Positions 30,989 through 41,272 of a DNA stretch of 64,000 bases are shown in pieces. The position numbers and the translations under genes were made by a program. The notes under the pieces were generated by a model, which saw nothing but the letters and a program-made list of their open reading frames with translations, had not been told where the DNA came from and did no database searches. Numbering within the stretch: position 1 is the stretch's first letter; every line of letters starts with the position of its first letter. Source of the stretch: Candidatus Latescibacterota bacterium (GTDB taxonomy: Bacteria > Latescibacterota > UBA2968); assembly GCA_965198115.1 (NCBI GenBank), contig OZ240241.1, positions 2,496,001 through 2,560,000 of the forward strand. The letters run 5' to 3'.

Positions 30989-31225
30989 GTGAAATTGGAG
31001 ATCGAATACTGCGCGGCTTGAGGCTACGAAGAAAAAACCGTCAGTTTGACGGAACAGCTTCTCACGGCCTTCAAGCAAGACATCGAAGCGTTTACACTCA
31101 TCCCCTCCAGCGGGGGCCGTTTCGAAGTGACACTCGACGGCGACCTGATTTTCTCGAAGCTGGAGCAGGAGCGTTTTCCCGAGTTCGATGAGGTGGAGCC
31201 TCACCTCAAAAAGAAGGTCGCATAG
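30989..31225 (+). CDS. SelT/SelW/SelH (Rdx) family selenoprotein, CxxU
   Basis: RBS AAGGAGG, GTG start, KLEIEYCAA[TGA]GYEEK..LIPSSGGRFEVTLDGDLIFSKL..RFPE; the frame stays open past the TGA at 31019-31021. Confidence 0.93.
31038..31052 (+). promoter_or_regulatory. Bacterial SECIS hairpin
   Basis: CCGUCA-GUU-UGACGG; the loop G is 23 nt after the UGA. Confidence 0.75.
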
Positions 31226-31226
31226 A

Positions 31227-31262
31227 AATCGCCCCCGGAGTCGAACAACTTCGGGGGCGATT
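31227..31262. terminator. Terminator between the convergent Rdx and lon genes
   Basis: AATCGCCCCCGGAG...CTTCGGGGGCGATT. Confidence 0.8.
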
Positions 31263-31301
31263 CACGTAGAGGCCGAATCGAATCCGATACCCGTGAGGTG
31301 T

Positions 31302-33744
31302 CTAATTCACGACAGCCGCCGGGGATCGAGTCTCTCTCGTGGGACGTGCCCTCGGTCGGGTGGGGGACCTCGTCTTTACCAGGGCCTGGTCGAGGACCTG
31401 TCCGACGTGCGCCGCAAACCGGACCTTCAGGCTCTTGCGCACGCTCTCCGGAACATCCTCTAAGTCCTTCCTGTTGTCCTCGGGTAAAATCAACGTCTTG
31501 ATCCCCGCTCGGTGTGCGGCGAGCACTTTGTCCCGCACACCCCCGATGGGGAGCACTTTTCCGCGAAGCGTGATCTCCCCCGTCATCGCCTCGTCCTTTC
31601 TGACGGGCCTGCCGGTATAAACCGATGCCAGGACGGTGGCCATCGTCACACCGGCCGAGGGTCCGTCTTTGGGAACGGCACCTGCCGGAACGTGCACGTG
31701 GACATCCGTATCCTCCCAGAAAACGCCCTCCAGTCCGAGCGATTCACCCTGCGATCGGATGTAGGTCATCGCCGCTTCCGACGACTCCTTCATCACGTCG
31801 CCGAGCTTTCCCATCAACTTCAGTCGACCGCGACCCGGCATCTTGGTCGCCTCCACGAAAAGCACATCGCCACCCACCGGCGTCCACGCCAGTCCCGCGA
31901 CCACACCCACCTCGTGTGACGACTCGGCCGATTCGTGTCTGAACCTGGGAGGGCCCAGGTAATCGGGCAGATCCGATTCCTTCACACGGACTCGCCGCCG
32001 ACGTCCTTCGGCGAACTTGCGGGCCACCTTCCTGCAAATGGTCCCTACTTCTCGCTCCAGGTTTCGCAGCCCTGCTTCACGCGTGTACTCGCCGACCACC
32101 GATCTCAGGGCGCCCTTGTCGACGTAGATCCGCTTGGAATTCAGCCCGTGTTCCCCAACCTGTTTGGGAACGAGATAACGTCGCGCAATCTCCAGCTTCT
32201 CCACTTCCGTGTAACCCGACAACTCCAGCACTTCCATCCGGTCCAACAGGGCGGGCGGAATCGAATGAAGCGAATTCGCCGTCGCGATGAACATCACCTT
32301 CGACAGGTCGAACGCCACGTCCAGATAGTGGTCGACGAACGTGTGATTCTGCTCGGGATCCAACACCTCGAGTAGAGCGGAGGAAGGGTCGCCGCGAAAG
32401 TCGGAGCCCAGTTTGTCGATTTCGTCAAGCATGAACACGGGATTGTTCGTTCCCGCCCGACGCAGCCCCTGAATGATCCTTCCCGGCAGGGCGCCGACAT
32501 ATGTTCTCCGATGACCTCGGATTTCGGATTCGTCGCGAACGCCGCCGAGCGACATACGAACAAATTCCCGCCCCACGGCGCCGGCCACCGAGCGAAGTCT
32601 TCCCGGTTCCCGGCGGTCCAACCAGGCATAGAATGGGACCCCGAACATCGCTCTTCAGGCTTCTCACCGACAGATATCGAGGATCCGCTCCTTGGGCCGT
32701 TCGAGTCCGTAATGGTCCTTGTTCAACTGGCGCTCCGCAGCCTTGACGTCGAGGTGATCTTCGCTGGAGACCGACCACGGCACGCTCACCATCCAATCCA
32801 GGTAGGTGCGCGAGACCGAATACTCGGGACTCGCCTGAGGCATTCCCTCCATTCGTCCAAGTTCACGCTCGGCCTCTTCCCGTGCCTCGTCCGGCAGATT
32901 AGCTTTCGCGATCTGCTCGCGCAACTCGTCGATCTCTCTCGACGCTTCGCCCTCACCCAGCTCTTCCTGGATCGCCTTCATCTGCTGGCGAAGATAGAAC
33001 TCGCGCTGAGCGTCCTCGATCGTACCGGCCGCTTCCGACTGGATCTTCTGGCGCAGCTCGAGAATCTCCACCTCTCGATTGAGATAGGTGTTCACGATCT
33101 CGAACCTCCGCCGCACGCTCAACTCACCCAGAATCTTCTGGCGTTCCTGGAAATCCAGATTCACCTGTGTCGCGATGAAGTCGATCTGTTGTCCCCGCTC
33201 CGGCAGAGAAGCGACAGCCTCGCCCATTTCTTGCGGAACGTTTGGAGCAAGCTCCACCGCCTTCTGAAATTGTCCGATGACGTTCTGGAAAGAGCCTCGA
33301 AGTGCGACGTTTCCTCCTCGATGTCCTGCAATTCTTTGACCCGCGCGACCGGGTAAGGAGCATCCTGAGGAATGCGTTCGAGCAGAATGCGGGAAATGCC
33401 GTGCACGAGCAGCTGCAGCTTCCCGTCCGGTGCCCTCTGGGCTCGCACGAGCTGAATGGCCGTCCCGACTGGATGCAGATGATGTTCTCTCACATCCTTG
33501 GTGTCGAGCTTGGCGACCTCCGACTCATCATCACCCGCCAGCCTACCGAACAACGCAACGACTTTGTCCCCGTGTTCATCGCTTCTTCGACGGTGCGAAT
33601 CGTCGTTTCATCATCGATCAGGAGGGGAGCTGCCATGTAGGGATAGATCACAACCTCGCCCGAAACCAGCAGCGGCAAATCGGGAGGAAATGATCGTTTT
33701 GCGATCGCCTCGGTCGTTTCTTCGATTGGATTGTCTTCCGCCAT
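31302..33744 (-). CDS. lon: ATP-dependent Lon protease (about 4 frameshifts)
   Basis: N-domain, [45 protein letters not shown], spread over five ORF pieces. Confidence 0.95.
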
Positions 33745-34036
33745 TACCCTCTCCTTCCTATTCAGAACGACTCAATGGGGCAGACTCGTCGCAACATCCG
33801 TGCCCCGAATCGCTCCTCTTCTTACAACACCTTGTTACAACAATAGTTATAGGCAAAACGCCTCCTCAGTGTCCAGTCATACGTATCACACCTTCTCGCG
33901 AGATTTCCGAGTCAACCAGTCATATTGGCAGTCCTCTCGCGGTTCCTGACAGGCCTGGTGGCCGAATGATGATTCTGTCCAGGGGCGCCGTCGAACTGTC
34001 GCAAGTGCCTATCTGATAGGACGTTGTCCGCTATTA

Positions 34037-34065
34037 CCGAACACTGAACACCTAACACTGGACAC
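34037..34065. repeat. Tandem heptamer array
   Basis: CCGAACA CTGAACA CCTAACA CTGGACA; inverted copies at 33869-33877 and 38715-38730. Confidence 0.55.
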
Positions 34066-34154
34066 ATACCCGCACAGGGGCTACTCCGGCATACGGGGCA
34101 TCAGATTCAGCCGCTACATTCTCGTTGTAAGGTCGAGACGGACCCTTATATTGC

Positions 34155-35306
34155 GTGACCGTGTCCCAAAAAGTCTACAGACTCGCCGTCATTGGGGCTG
34201 GCATCAACGGATTGTGTGCCCTCTACCACGCCGTGCGGCGCAGTCCCGGGGAGACGGTCCTGTTGGAACAGTACCTCTTGGGTCACGACCGGGGTAGCTC
34301 ACACGGCTTTACGCGAGCAACGCGCTGCGCCTACATCGATCAAGACTACGTCAGACTGGCGCAAGTTGCGCACGATGAGGCTTGGCCAGAGCTCGAGTGC
34401 CATCTCGGACGCACGCTCATCCATCGATACGAAGTGTGCTTCTACGGGACCGAAGACAGCGAATATGGCCAATACGCCGAAGCCGTCAGGGGCGCCGGCG
34501 TAGATGTCGTCGAAGTGACACCCGATGAAGCCCGCGAGCGTTATCCACAATTCAGGTTCGAGAACACGGCCGGCGTCCTGATCGATCGGACGGGGGGTGT
34601 CGTTGCCGCTCGCGAAACGATATCTGGTCTGATCGACAATCTGAGGGCCCGCAGCGACATCCGCGAACAGACAGCCGTCATCGGCATCGACATCGATTCC
34701 GATCCGATTCGCATCTCCACCGACCGCGGGGAGCTGTCGGCTGAAAGCGTCATCGTCACCGCTGGGCCCTGGGTCGGACGGCTGTTTCCACAGCTCTGCG
34801 AGCGCCTACAGGTCGCCCGACAGACCGTTGGTTATTTCGAGCTGCAAGACGATTCGGTGAACTCGAGCTCGGGCGCTTTCCAATCTGGGCTTTCCTCACC
34901 GGCGACTCCGTCGGCTTCTACGGACTACCCGAGTATGGCCGGCCCGGCATCAAAGTCGCCCGACACATCGTCGAAGGCCGAAACGACGATCCCGAACTCG
35001 GCCCATCCAGACGCGATCGAGGATCTGCGGGCTTTCGCCGCCACCCACTTCACGGCACCCGTCAAGCGACTCGTCGACACCGAGTTCTGTCACTACACGA
35101 ACACCGTGAACGAAGACTTCATCCTCGACCACCACCCTCAAAACAAGCGTGTGGTCATCGGCACGGGATTCAGCGGTCACGGTTTCAAGTTCGGCCCGAT
35201 CACGGGACGTATCCTGGCAGACCTCGCGCTGGACGGTGGTTGTTCGCTCCCCGAGTTCGTGTCCGCCCGTCAACGTTTTCGCCTCTCAAGAGGAGGACCA
35301 TCGTGA
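34155..35306 (+). CDS. Monomeric sarcosine oxidase/SolA-like FAD oxidase
   Basis: IGAGING, GSSHG.TR, TAGPW, CHYTNT (covalent-FAD Cys position), FSGHGFKF; compensating indel pair at about 34860-35000. Confidence 0.88.
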   Translation: MTVSQKVYRLAVIGAGINGLCALYHAVRRSPGETVLLEQYLLGHDRGSSHGFTRATRCAYIDQDYVRLAQVAHDEAWPELECHLGRTLIHRYEVCFYGTEDSEYGQYAEAVRGAGVDVVEVTPDEARERYPQFRFENTAGVLIDRTGGVVAARETISGLIDNLRARSDIREQTAVIGIDIDSDPIRISTDRGELSAESVIVTAGPWVGRLFPQLCERLQVARQTVGYFELQDDSVNSSSGAFQSGLSSPATPSASTDYPSMAGPASKSPDTSSKAETTIPNSAHPDAIEDLRAFAATHFTAPVKRLVDTEFCHYTNTVNEDFILDHHPQNKRVVIGTGFSGHGFKFGPITGRILADLALDGGCSLPEFVSARQRFRLSRGGPS

Positions 35307-36088
35307 AGTGGGGATGTTGCGGCGATCATCAGGTTCTCAACACGACCGAAGAAGCCGGCTTCGATTACGCTGAGGCACCGACTCGTATGCTCGCGTCCTC
35401 TGAAGGAACCCTGCCGCAGGACGTCCAGGACGCGTTCTCATCGGTCCCGATCGCAGCAGAAGCTTTCAACGTCTTCGTTCCCGGAACGATACCCGTCGTC
35501 GGTCCGAACGTCGATTCGGAGGCGGTGCAAGCTCACGTCACCGTTTCTGCGGAGCGTGCGGCCTCTCTCGGCGCCAAGGTCATCGTGTTCGGCAGTGGGG
35601 GAGCCCGAGGGATACCCGAGGGCTTCGACAGCACCACCGCCACCGACCAGGTGCTCGCCTTCCTCGACACCGTCGCCACCCTGTTCGAGCCTCACGGAAT
35701 CACGCTCGTCATCGAACCCCTCCCCCATCGCTCGTGCAACTTTATCCACACCGTCGCGGAAGCCGCCGAGCTGGCACGCGAGGTCGACCGCCCCGAGATC
35801 CGCATTCTCACAGACCTGTCCCACGCACACGCCAACGGGGACCCTTTCGAGAAACTCGCTGACGTCGCCGATCGTCTCTCGCACGTCCACGTGCCCGTAC
35901 CCGACGTGCCCGAATGCGGCATCGAGGGGTCTGGCGTGCCACACGACGAACTATTCACAACCCTGAGGTCGATCGGCTACAGTCACCGCATCTCGATCGA
36001 GGACCACGGCAAGCGCCTCACAGAATACCCTGCGCAGGCTGCGCCCGTTCTCCGTCGACTCAAAGCGCTCTGGGAGGAAGCAGCCTAA
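35303..36088 (+). CDS. Sugar phosphate isomerase/epimerase (xylose isomerase-like TIM barrel)
   Basis: AGFDYAE, IVFGSG.AR, IEPL, D..H, HVH, ISIE; GTGA overlap with the upstream stop. Confidence 0.88.
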   Translation: MKWGCCGDHQVLNTTEEAGFDYAEAPTRMLASSEGTLPQDVQDAFSSVPIAAEAFNVFVPGTIPVVGPNVDSEAVQAHVTVSAERAASLGAKVIVFGSGGARGIPEGFDSTTATDQVLAFLDTVATLFEPHGITLVIEPLPHRSCNFIHTVAEAAELAREVDRPEIRILTDLSHAHANGDPFEKLADVADRLSHVHVPVPDVPECGIEGSGVPHDELFTTLRSIGYSHRISIEDHGKRLTEYPAQAAPVLRRLKALWEEAA

Positions 36089-36090
36089 CC

Positions 36091-37205
36091 ATGAAAGTCA
36101 CGGACGTCAGAACCATCGCCCTCCTCGGAGAGACTCCCATGACAGGATGGGAAAGCGAGCCAGGACCCGGTGTGAATCTCCACACGCTCGTCGTGATCGA
36201 AACCGACGGAGGCATTCAGGGCGTCGGCAGCTGCTTCACATCGAAGGGACTCGTCGACGGCGCAGTCGACCTGCTCCGACCCAACCTCATCGGTGAACGT
36301 GCGGACGAACCCGAACGCGTCGCCGAAAAGCTCCATCAGATGACGTTCTGGCAGGGCAGGGGTGGCGCTGTCACACACGCCATCAGCGGGATCGACATCG
36401 CCCTGTGGGACATTTTCGGAAAAGTGTGTGGACAGCCCATCGGCCGCCTCCTCGGTGGCTACTATCGAGACCGGATTAAGCCCTACGGCTCGCTCCTGTT
36501 CGAGGATCCTGCCACATTCCCAGGTGTTCTTGAGTCCGCAACTGCCCGGGGATTCAAAGCCTTGAAGCTGGGTTGGGGACCGTTCGGTCGCGTCGATGCC
36601 GCGATGGACGAAAAGCTCGTCCGAATCGCCCGCGAAACCGTAGGTCCGGATGTCGAGATCATGGTCGACGCGGGAGGCAGCGACCGGTTCTGGCCCCACG
36701 GATACAAATGGGCGGTCGAAAGAGCGCGCATGCTCGCCGACTACGACGTCGTCTGGTTCGAGGAAGCCCTCCCTCCCGACGACATCGAAGGCTTCATTCG
36801 TCTTCGCGACCACGCTCCGGTCGCCATCGCCGGCGGCGAGGTTCTGACCAGACGACAGAGCTTCATCCCGTTCATCGAACGGGGCGCCTTCGACATCATC
36901 CAGCCCGACGTGACAAAGGTCGGTGGCATCGGCGAGCTCCGACGTATCTTGTACACCGCTCTTGACCATAACGTCCTCCTCGTCACTCACGGATGGATAC
37001 GGCCATCGGTCTGGCAGCGGATCTCCACATCGCGGCCGCGCATCCCACGGCGAGATGGGTCGAATACATCACACCGTCCCCGTATATCGAAGACATCGTC
37101 ACCTCGCCCTTCGTCATCGACGAGGACGGACTCCTGGAAATTCCGACCGAACCCGGTCTCGGTATCCAACTCGACTGGGACCGGATCGCCGCTCATTCGG
37201 TTTGA
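36091..37205 (+). CDS. Mandelate racemase/MLE (enolase superfamily) enzyme; frameshift at about 36995
   Basis: SGIDIALWD..GK..P..LLGG, K.LK, MVDA, WFEE, GGE, QPD, HGW. Confidence 0.92.
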
Positions 37206-37276
37206 TTGCAGGAGTTCGCAACGAAAGCAACGATCGAGTATCAGAACAGTACACAGCCTTAACCAGGAGACCGGCC

Positions 37277-38686
37277 ATGAAAATGTATGTGGGTGGTAAA
37301 TGGATCGATAAGGACGACAAGATCGATGTGATCAACCCGTTCGACGGATCTGTCGTCGACACCGTTCCGAGGGGCGACGCGTCCGACGTCGACGCCGCCA
37401 TCGCCTCGGCCGAACGGGGTGCCGCCGCCATGGCTGCGCTAACAGGCTACGAACGCTACACGATCCTGCATCGAGCATCTGAGCTGATGGAAGAGCGGCT
37501 CGACGACCTGGGACGAACAATCACGCTCGAAGAGGGCAAGGTCATTACCGAAGGTCTCGGCGAGGCAGCACGGGCGCAGGAGACCATCACCCTCTCCGCG
37601 GAAGAAGCGAAACGGCTGGGCGGTGAAGTCGTCCCCCTCGACGGCGCCTCCAACGGCGGAGGAAAGTTCGGCTTCACGCTGAGGGTGCCCTGCGGTGTTG
37701 TCGCGGCCGTCACCCCGTTCAACTTCCCGCTGAACCTCGTCTGTCACAAAGTCGGGCCGGGTCTGGCCGCCGGGAACGCCGTCATCGTGAAACCGGCAAC
37801 CGACACCCCGCTGTCTGCGCTCAAACTTGTCGAGATTCTCTTGGAAGCAGGCTTGCCGCCCGAAGGCATTCAGTGTGTGACCGGATCGGGCGCCGTCATC
37901 GGTGATGCGCTCTGCGGCGACTCGCGTGTCCGCAAGATCAGCTTCACGGGCAGTCGCGACGTCGGCGAGCACATTTGCCAGGTCGCCGGCCTCAAGAAGG
38001 TCACGATGGAGCTGGGATCGAACGCACCATTGGTCGTCATGGAAGACGCCGACATCGACCGTGTCGCCGATGCGACGGCCGTGACCGGATTCGCGAACGC
38101 CGGACAGGTCTGCATCAGCACGCAACGGGTGCTCGCGAGCGACAAAATCTACGGGGATTTCATAGACGCGCTCGCCCCGCGCGTAGAGGCCCTCAGCACG
38201 GGAAACCCGATCGAGGATACGGTCAAAGTCGGCCCGATGATTCGGGAGCCCGACGCCGAGCGCGTCAGCGAATGGATCGGCGAGGCCGTCGACGGCGGAG
38301 CCCGGCTCGTCACGGGGGGCGGACGAGACGGTCATCTCCACGAACCGACACTCGTCGCCGATGTCGAGCCCGATATGCGCATCTCGTGTGACGAGCTCTT
38401 CGGGCCGGCGGTCGCCGTCACCCGATTCAGCGACATCGACGCCGCGATCGAGATGGCCAACGACACCAACTACGGTCTGAGCGCAGCCGTCTTCACCCAG
38501 AACATCGACTGGGCCATGGCGTTCGCCCAGCGGGTTCATTCCGGGAGCATCCACGTCAACTGGGGCACGGTGTGGCGGGCGGACCTGATGCCCTACGGCG
38601 GACTCAAAGACAGCGGGATGGGCAAGGAAGGTCCAAAATACGCCGTCGAAGAAATGACGGAGATGAAGATGGTTGTCATCCACTAA
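37277..38686 (+). CDS. Aldehyde dehydrogenase
   Basis: TPFNFP, KPA, FTGS, MELG, AGQVCIS, ELFGP, PYGGLKDSG. Confidence 0.96.
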   Translation: MKMYVGGKWIDKDDKIDVINPFDGSVVDTVPRGDASDVDAAIASAERGAAAMAALTGYERYTILHRASELMEERLDDLGRTITLEEGKVITEGLGEAARAQETITLSAEEAKRLGGEVVPLDGASNGGGKFGFTLRVPCGVVAAVTPFNFPLNLVCHKVGPGLAAGNAVIVKPATDTPLSALKLVEILLEAGLPPEGIQCVTGSGAVIGDALCGDSRVRKISFTGSRDVGEHICQVAGLKKVTMELGSNAPLVVMEDADIDRVADATAVTGFANAGQVCISTQRVLASDKIYGDFIDALAPRVEALSTGNPIEDTVKVGPMIREPDAERVSEWIGEAVDGGARLVTGGGRDGHLHEPTLVADVEPDMRISCDELFGPAVAVTRFSDIDAAIEMANDTNYGLSAAVFTQNIDWAMAFAQRVHSGSIHVNWGTVWRADLMPYGGLKDSGMGKEGPKYAVEEMTEMKMVVIH

Positions 38687-38730
38687 AAGAAGTGCGCCGC
38701 GGGTGGCCGCGGCGCCAGTGTTCGGTGTTC

Positions 38731-38768
38731 AGGAAACCCGGTGATGACCTTTAGTCACCGGGTTTCTT
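38731..38768 (+). terminator. Putative terminator hairpin
   Basis: AGGAAACCCGGTGAT...GTCACCGGGTTTCTT. Confidence 0.65.
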
Positions 38769-38788
38769 AAGTGGGGGCGGTTCTAGGC

Positions 38789-39802
38789 ATGAAAATCGGT
38801 ATTTACGGCGCACATTACGAAGTCCACATTGGCGGAATGATCCGGAAGGCACTCGAGGCGATCAACGGAAGCGTCGTTGGACTCGTGGAGCCCGACGATG
38901 CTTTCTATCAAAAGTATTCGGACGACGGCAACATCAAGCGGATCGATTCGCTCGACAACCTCGTCAATGGGGCTGGCGCAGAGATCATCCTTGGAGGTGT
39001 GAATCACGACGAGAAAGCAGACCTCGTCGAAGCGTGTGCCAGATTGGGCGTTCACGTCGTGCTCGACAAGCCTCTCTGCGGCTCACAGCAAGACTTCGAT
39101 CGCATCGTGGCTGCCGTGACGACCTCTGGTATCAAACTGTCGATCGACTATTCGTCACGGAACCGACCCGTCTTCATCACCCTTCGCAAGACGATTCAGG
39201 AAGGGGAGCTCGGTGACCTCGTCAGCTTGATCACCACGCATCCACACAAGCTCGGTCCGTTCGCGCCCGATTGGTACTTCGATCGACACCGCTACGCCGG
39301 GATCTTCCACGACCTCGCCTGTCACGGTGTCGACCAGATCCGCCATCTGACCGGCCAATCTTTCACCGGCGTCCACGCCGTCGGTTCCCTGATCAAACAC
39401 GTGGAACCACCGCGCCGGCTCCAATTCGATCACGTTCAGGCCTCATTCACGATGGACGGCGGCGCCACAGCCCTCGCGACCGCTGACTGGCTCACGCCCC
39501 AAACCTCGCCCTCCTTCGGCGATACACGCTTCATCATTATGGGCACTGAGGGATCCGCGCACCTCCGAGCCTACGCCGAAGACCATCTCCTCGTCGTCAC
39601 GAATAAAAAAGGGCGTTGCGAACCTCCCTTGGTGGAGAGCCGAAACGCCCAATTCTTCCACAACTTGATCGAAGCCTACGAACGCCACGAGGAGGCCCCG
39701 GTCAGCACCGAAGACACACTCGCTGTCGCTCAGGCGTGTATCGCCGCCGAGGCATCCGCCGCATCTGGCGGCAAGCTCGTGACCATACCGCCGGTGGGCT
39801 AG
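38789..39802 (+). CDS. Gfo/Idh/MocA oxidoreductase
   Basis: N-terminal Rossmann fold, HVVLDKP, G...DLACHGVD. Confidence 0.9.
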   Translation: MKIGIYGAHYEVHIGGMIRKALEAINGSVVGLVEPDDAFYQKYSDDGNIKRIDSLDNLVNGAGAEIILGGVNHDEKADLVEACARLGVHVVLDKPLCGSQQDFDRIVAAVTTSGIKLSIDYSSRNRPVFITLRKTIQEGELGDLVSLITTHPHKLGPFAPDWYFDRHRYAGIFHDLACHGVDQIRHLTGQSFTGVHAVGSLIKHVEPPRRLQFDHVQASFTMDGGATALATADWLTPQTSPSFGDTRFIIMGTEGSAHLRAYAEDHLLVVTNKKGRCEPPLVESRNAQFFHNLIEAYERHEEAPVSTEDTLAVAQACIAAEASAASGGKLVTIPPVG

Positions 39803-39898
39803 TTCCCTATGCCATGCACTGCACCGTGAACGATAGATGAGATCGAAAACAGCGCCCTCGTGCAGAGCGAGCGTGGCGTTTTTGTGTTCACACAAAGA

Positions 39899-39958
39899 CC
39901 CGTGCGCTCTACTCGTCCCGGAGCCTGTCCTGAGCGGAGTCGAAGGGCTCCGCACGGG
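39899..39958. repeat. REP-like palindromic intergenic element
   Basis: Nested IRs CCCGTGCG/CGCACGGG and GGAGCC/GGCTCC around CTGTCCTGAGCGGAGTCGAAGG, between convergent genes. Confidence 0.55.
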
Positions 39959-39975
39959 GACGCTGCAGCAACTTC

Positions 39976-41091
39976 TCAAGCGGCATCGAACACGTCCCTT
40001 GCGACGGTCACTCTCTCGAGACGATCCGGGACGGGATCAAACCCCACCCCAGGCGTGTCGTCCAAAACGACGCGGCATCGATCGTCCTGCTCGATCCATC
40101 GGTCCGTGATGTCTTCCGTGTAAAATCTCGAAGACGGAAAGACATCGGCAGGATAGGTGAAGCCCGGCAAGGTCCCCAGCGCGGCACAGATCCCGGCGCC
40201 CACACCACTCTCCAGCATGCCGCCGACCCACGCTTCCATGCCTTCGGCCTGCGCCATATCGTGAATCTGCTTGGCGTGGTAGAGGCCACCCACCCTTCCC
40301 GGCTTCACGTTGATCACGCGACACGCCCCCAGCTTCAACGCCAGCTTGAAATCACGCGGGCTCTTGACCGATTCATCCAGACAGACGGGCGTCTCGATCA
40401 ACGTCTGAAGCTCTGCGTGTTCGACCAGGTCCGTGTGAAACAGAGGTTGTTCGATCATCGCGAGACCGAATCGATCGAACGCCTTGAGTGTGTCGATGTC
40501 CTCGCGCAGATCGTAGCCCGAATTGCAATCGACGTGAATGACAGGATCGGGAAAAGCCGACCGCACAGCCTCGAGCACTTCAATGTCCCAGCCGTGCCTG
40601 ACCTTCAGTTTGATCCTGGGGAACCCGGTGTCGACCGCGCCCTGGATCTCCCCGAGCAGCTCGTCGATGGTGTCCTGAACACCGAAATCGGCCCCGCACA
40701 GCACCTCGGGCCCACTCCCTCCCAGAACACGCCACAGCGGCTCCCCCATCACCCGGCTCTGCAGGGCCCACCACGCCGTTTCCACAGAAGCCTTGGCGAA
40801 CGAGTTCCCCTTGAAAACCGACAGCAGGTCCAACAGTTCCGCCGCCAGATCGATCTCCTGCCCCAGAACCCGTGGCAGAAAGAAGGTTTTGACATTCTCG
40901 TAGGCCGACCGCGCCGTCTCGGGAGAGTAGGTCGGCGCGTAGAACGGTGTGGCTTCGCCCCACGCCGCGTGCCCACCTCCGACGAATCGGACCATCACCG
41001 AATGGATCGTAGGATCATCCCCGTAGGCGGTTCGCCAGGGGCTGATGAGAGGCAGTTCCACGTAGCGGACTTCGGCCGATTCGATCTTCAA
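39976..41091 (-). CDS. menC: o-succinylbenzoate synthase / N-succinylamino acid racemase family
   Basis: WGE..P.YS.ET, RIKLK, VDCN, IEQP, CLDES, INVKPGRVGG, GGMLESG. Confidence 0.85.
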   Translation of the reverse strand: MKIESAEVRYVELPLISPWRTAYGDDPTIHSVMVRFVGGGHAAWGEATPFYAPTYSPETARSAYENVKTFFLPRVLGQEIDLAAELLDLLSVFKGNSFAKASVETAWWALQSRVMGEPLWRVLGGSGPEVLCGADFGVQDTIDELLGEIQGAVDTGFPRIKLKVRHGWDIEVLEAVRSAFPDPVIHVDCNSGYDLREDIDTLKAFDRFGLAMIEQPLFHTDLVEHAELQTLIETPVCLDESVKSPRDFKLALKLGACRVINVKPGRVGGLYHAKQIHDMAQAEGMEAWVGGMLESGVGAGICAALGTLPGFTYPADVFPSSRFYTEDITDRWIEQDDRCRVVLDDTPGVGFDPVPDRLERVTVARDVFDAA

Positions 41092-41180
41092 AGCACCCTC
41101 CTCTGTGGACTTCGAACGACGACGATCCCAATATAGGATGTCAGAGCGTGCCCCGCAGGTGTCCCAAAGGGCCGCCTGTG

Positions 41181-41209
41181 TTGACTCGTACCGAGCTAAC
41201 CAGTATATT
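41181..41209 (+). promoter_or_regulatory. sigma70 promoter of the lepA operon
   Basis: TTGACT-N17-TATATT. Confidence 0.65.
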
Positions 41210-41272
41210 TGGTAGCTCTACGTCGTTGAGTTTCTTGAACTTGGCCCATTTTTAGCGTTCTCATACCCGACC

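Noticed and set aside
30164-31021. 285-aa ORF ending in CAA-stop
   Set aside because: A shadow frame over the real gene 30246-30974; only its last 11 codons are the selenoprotein start.
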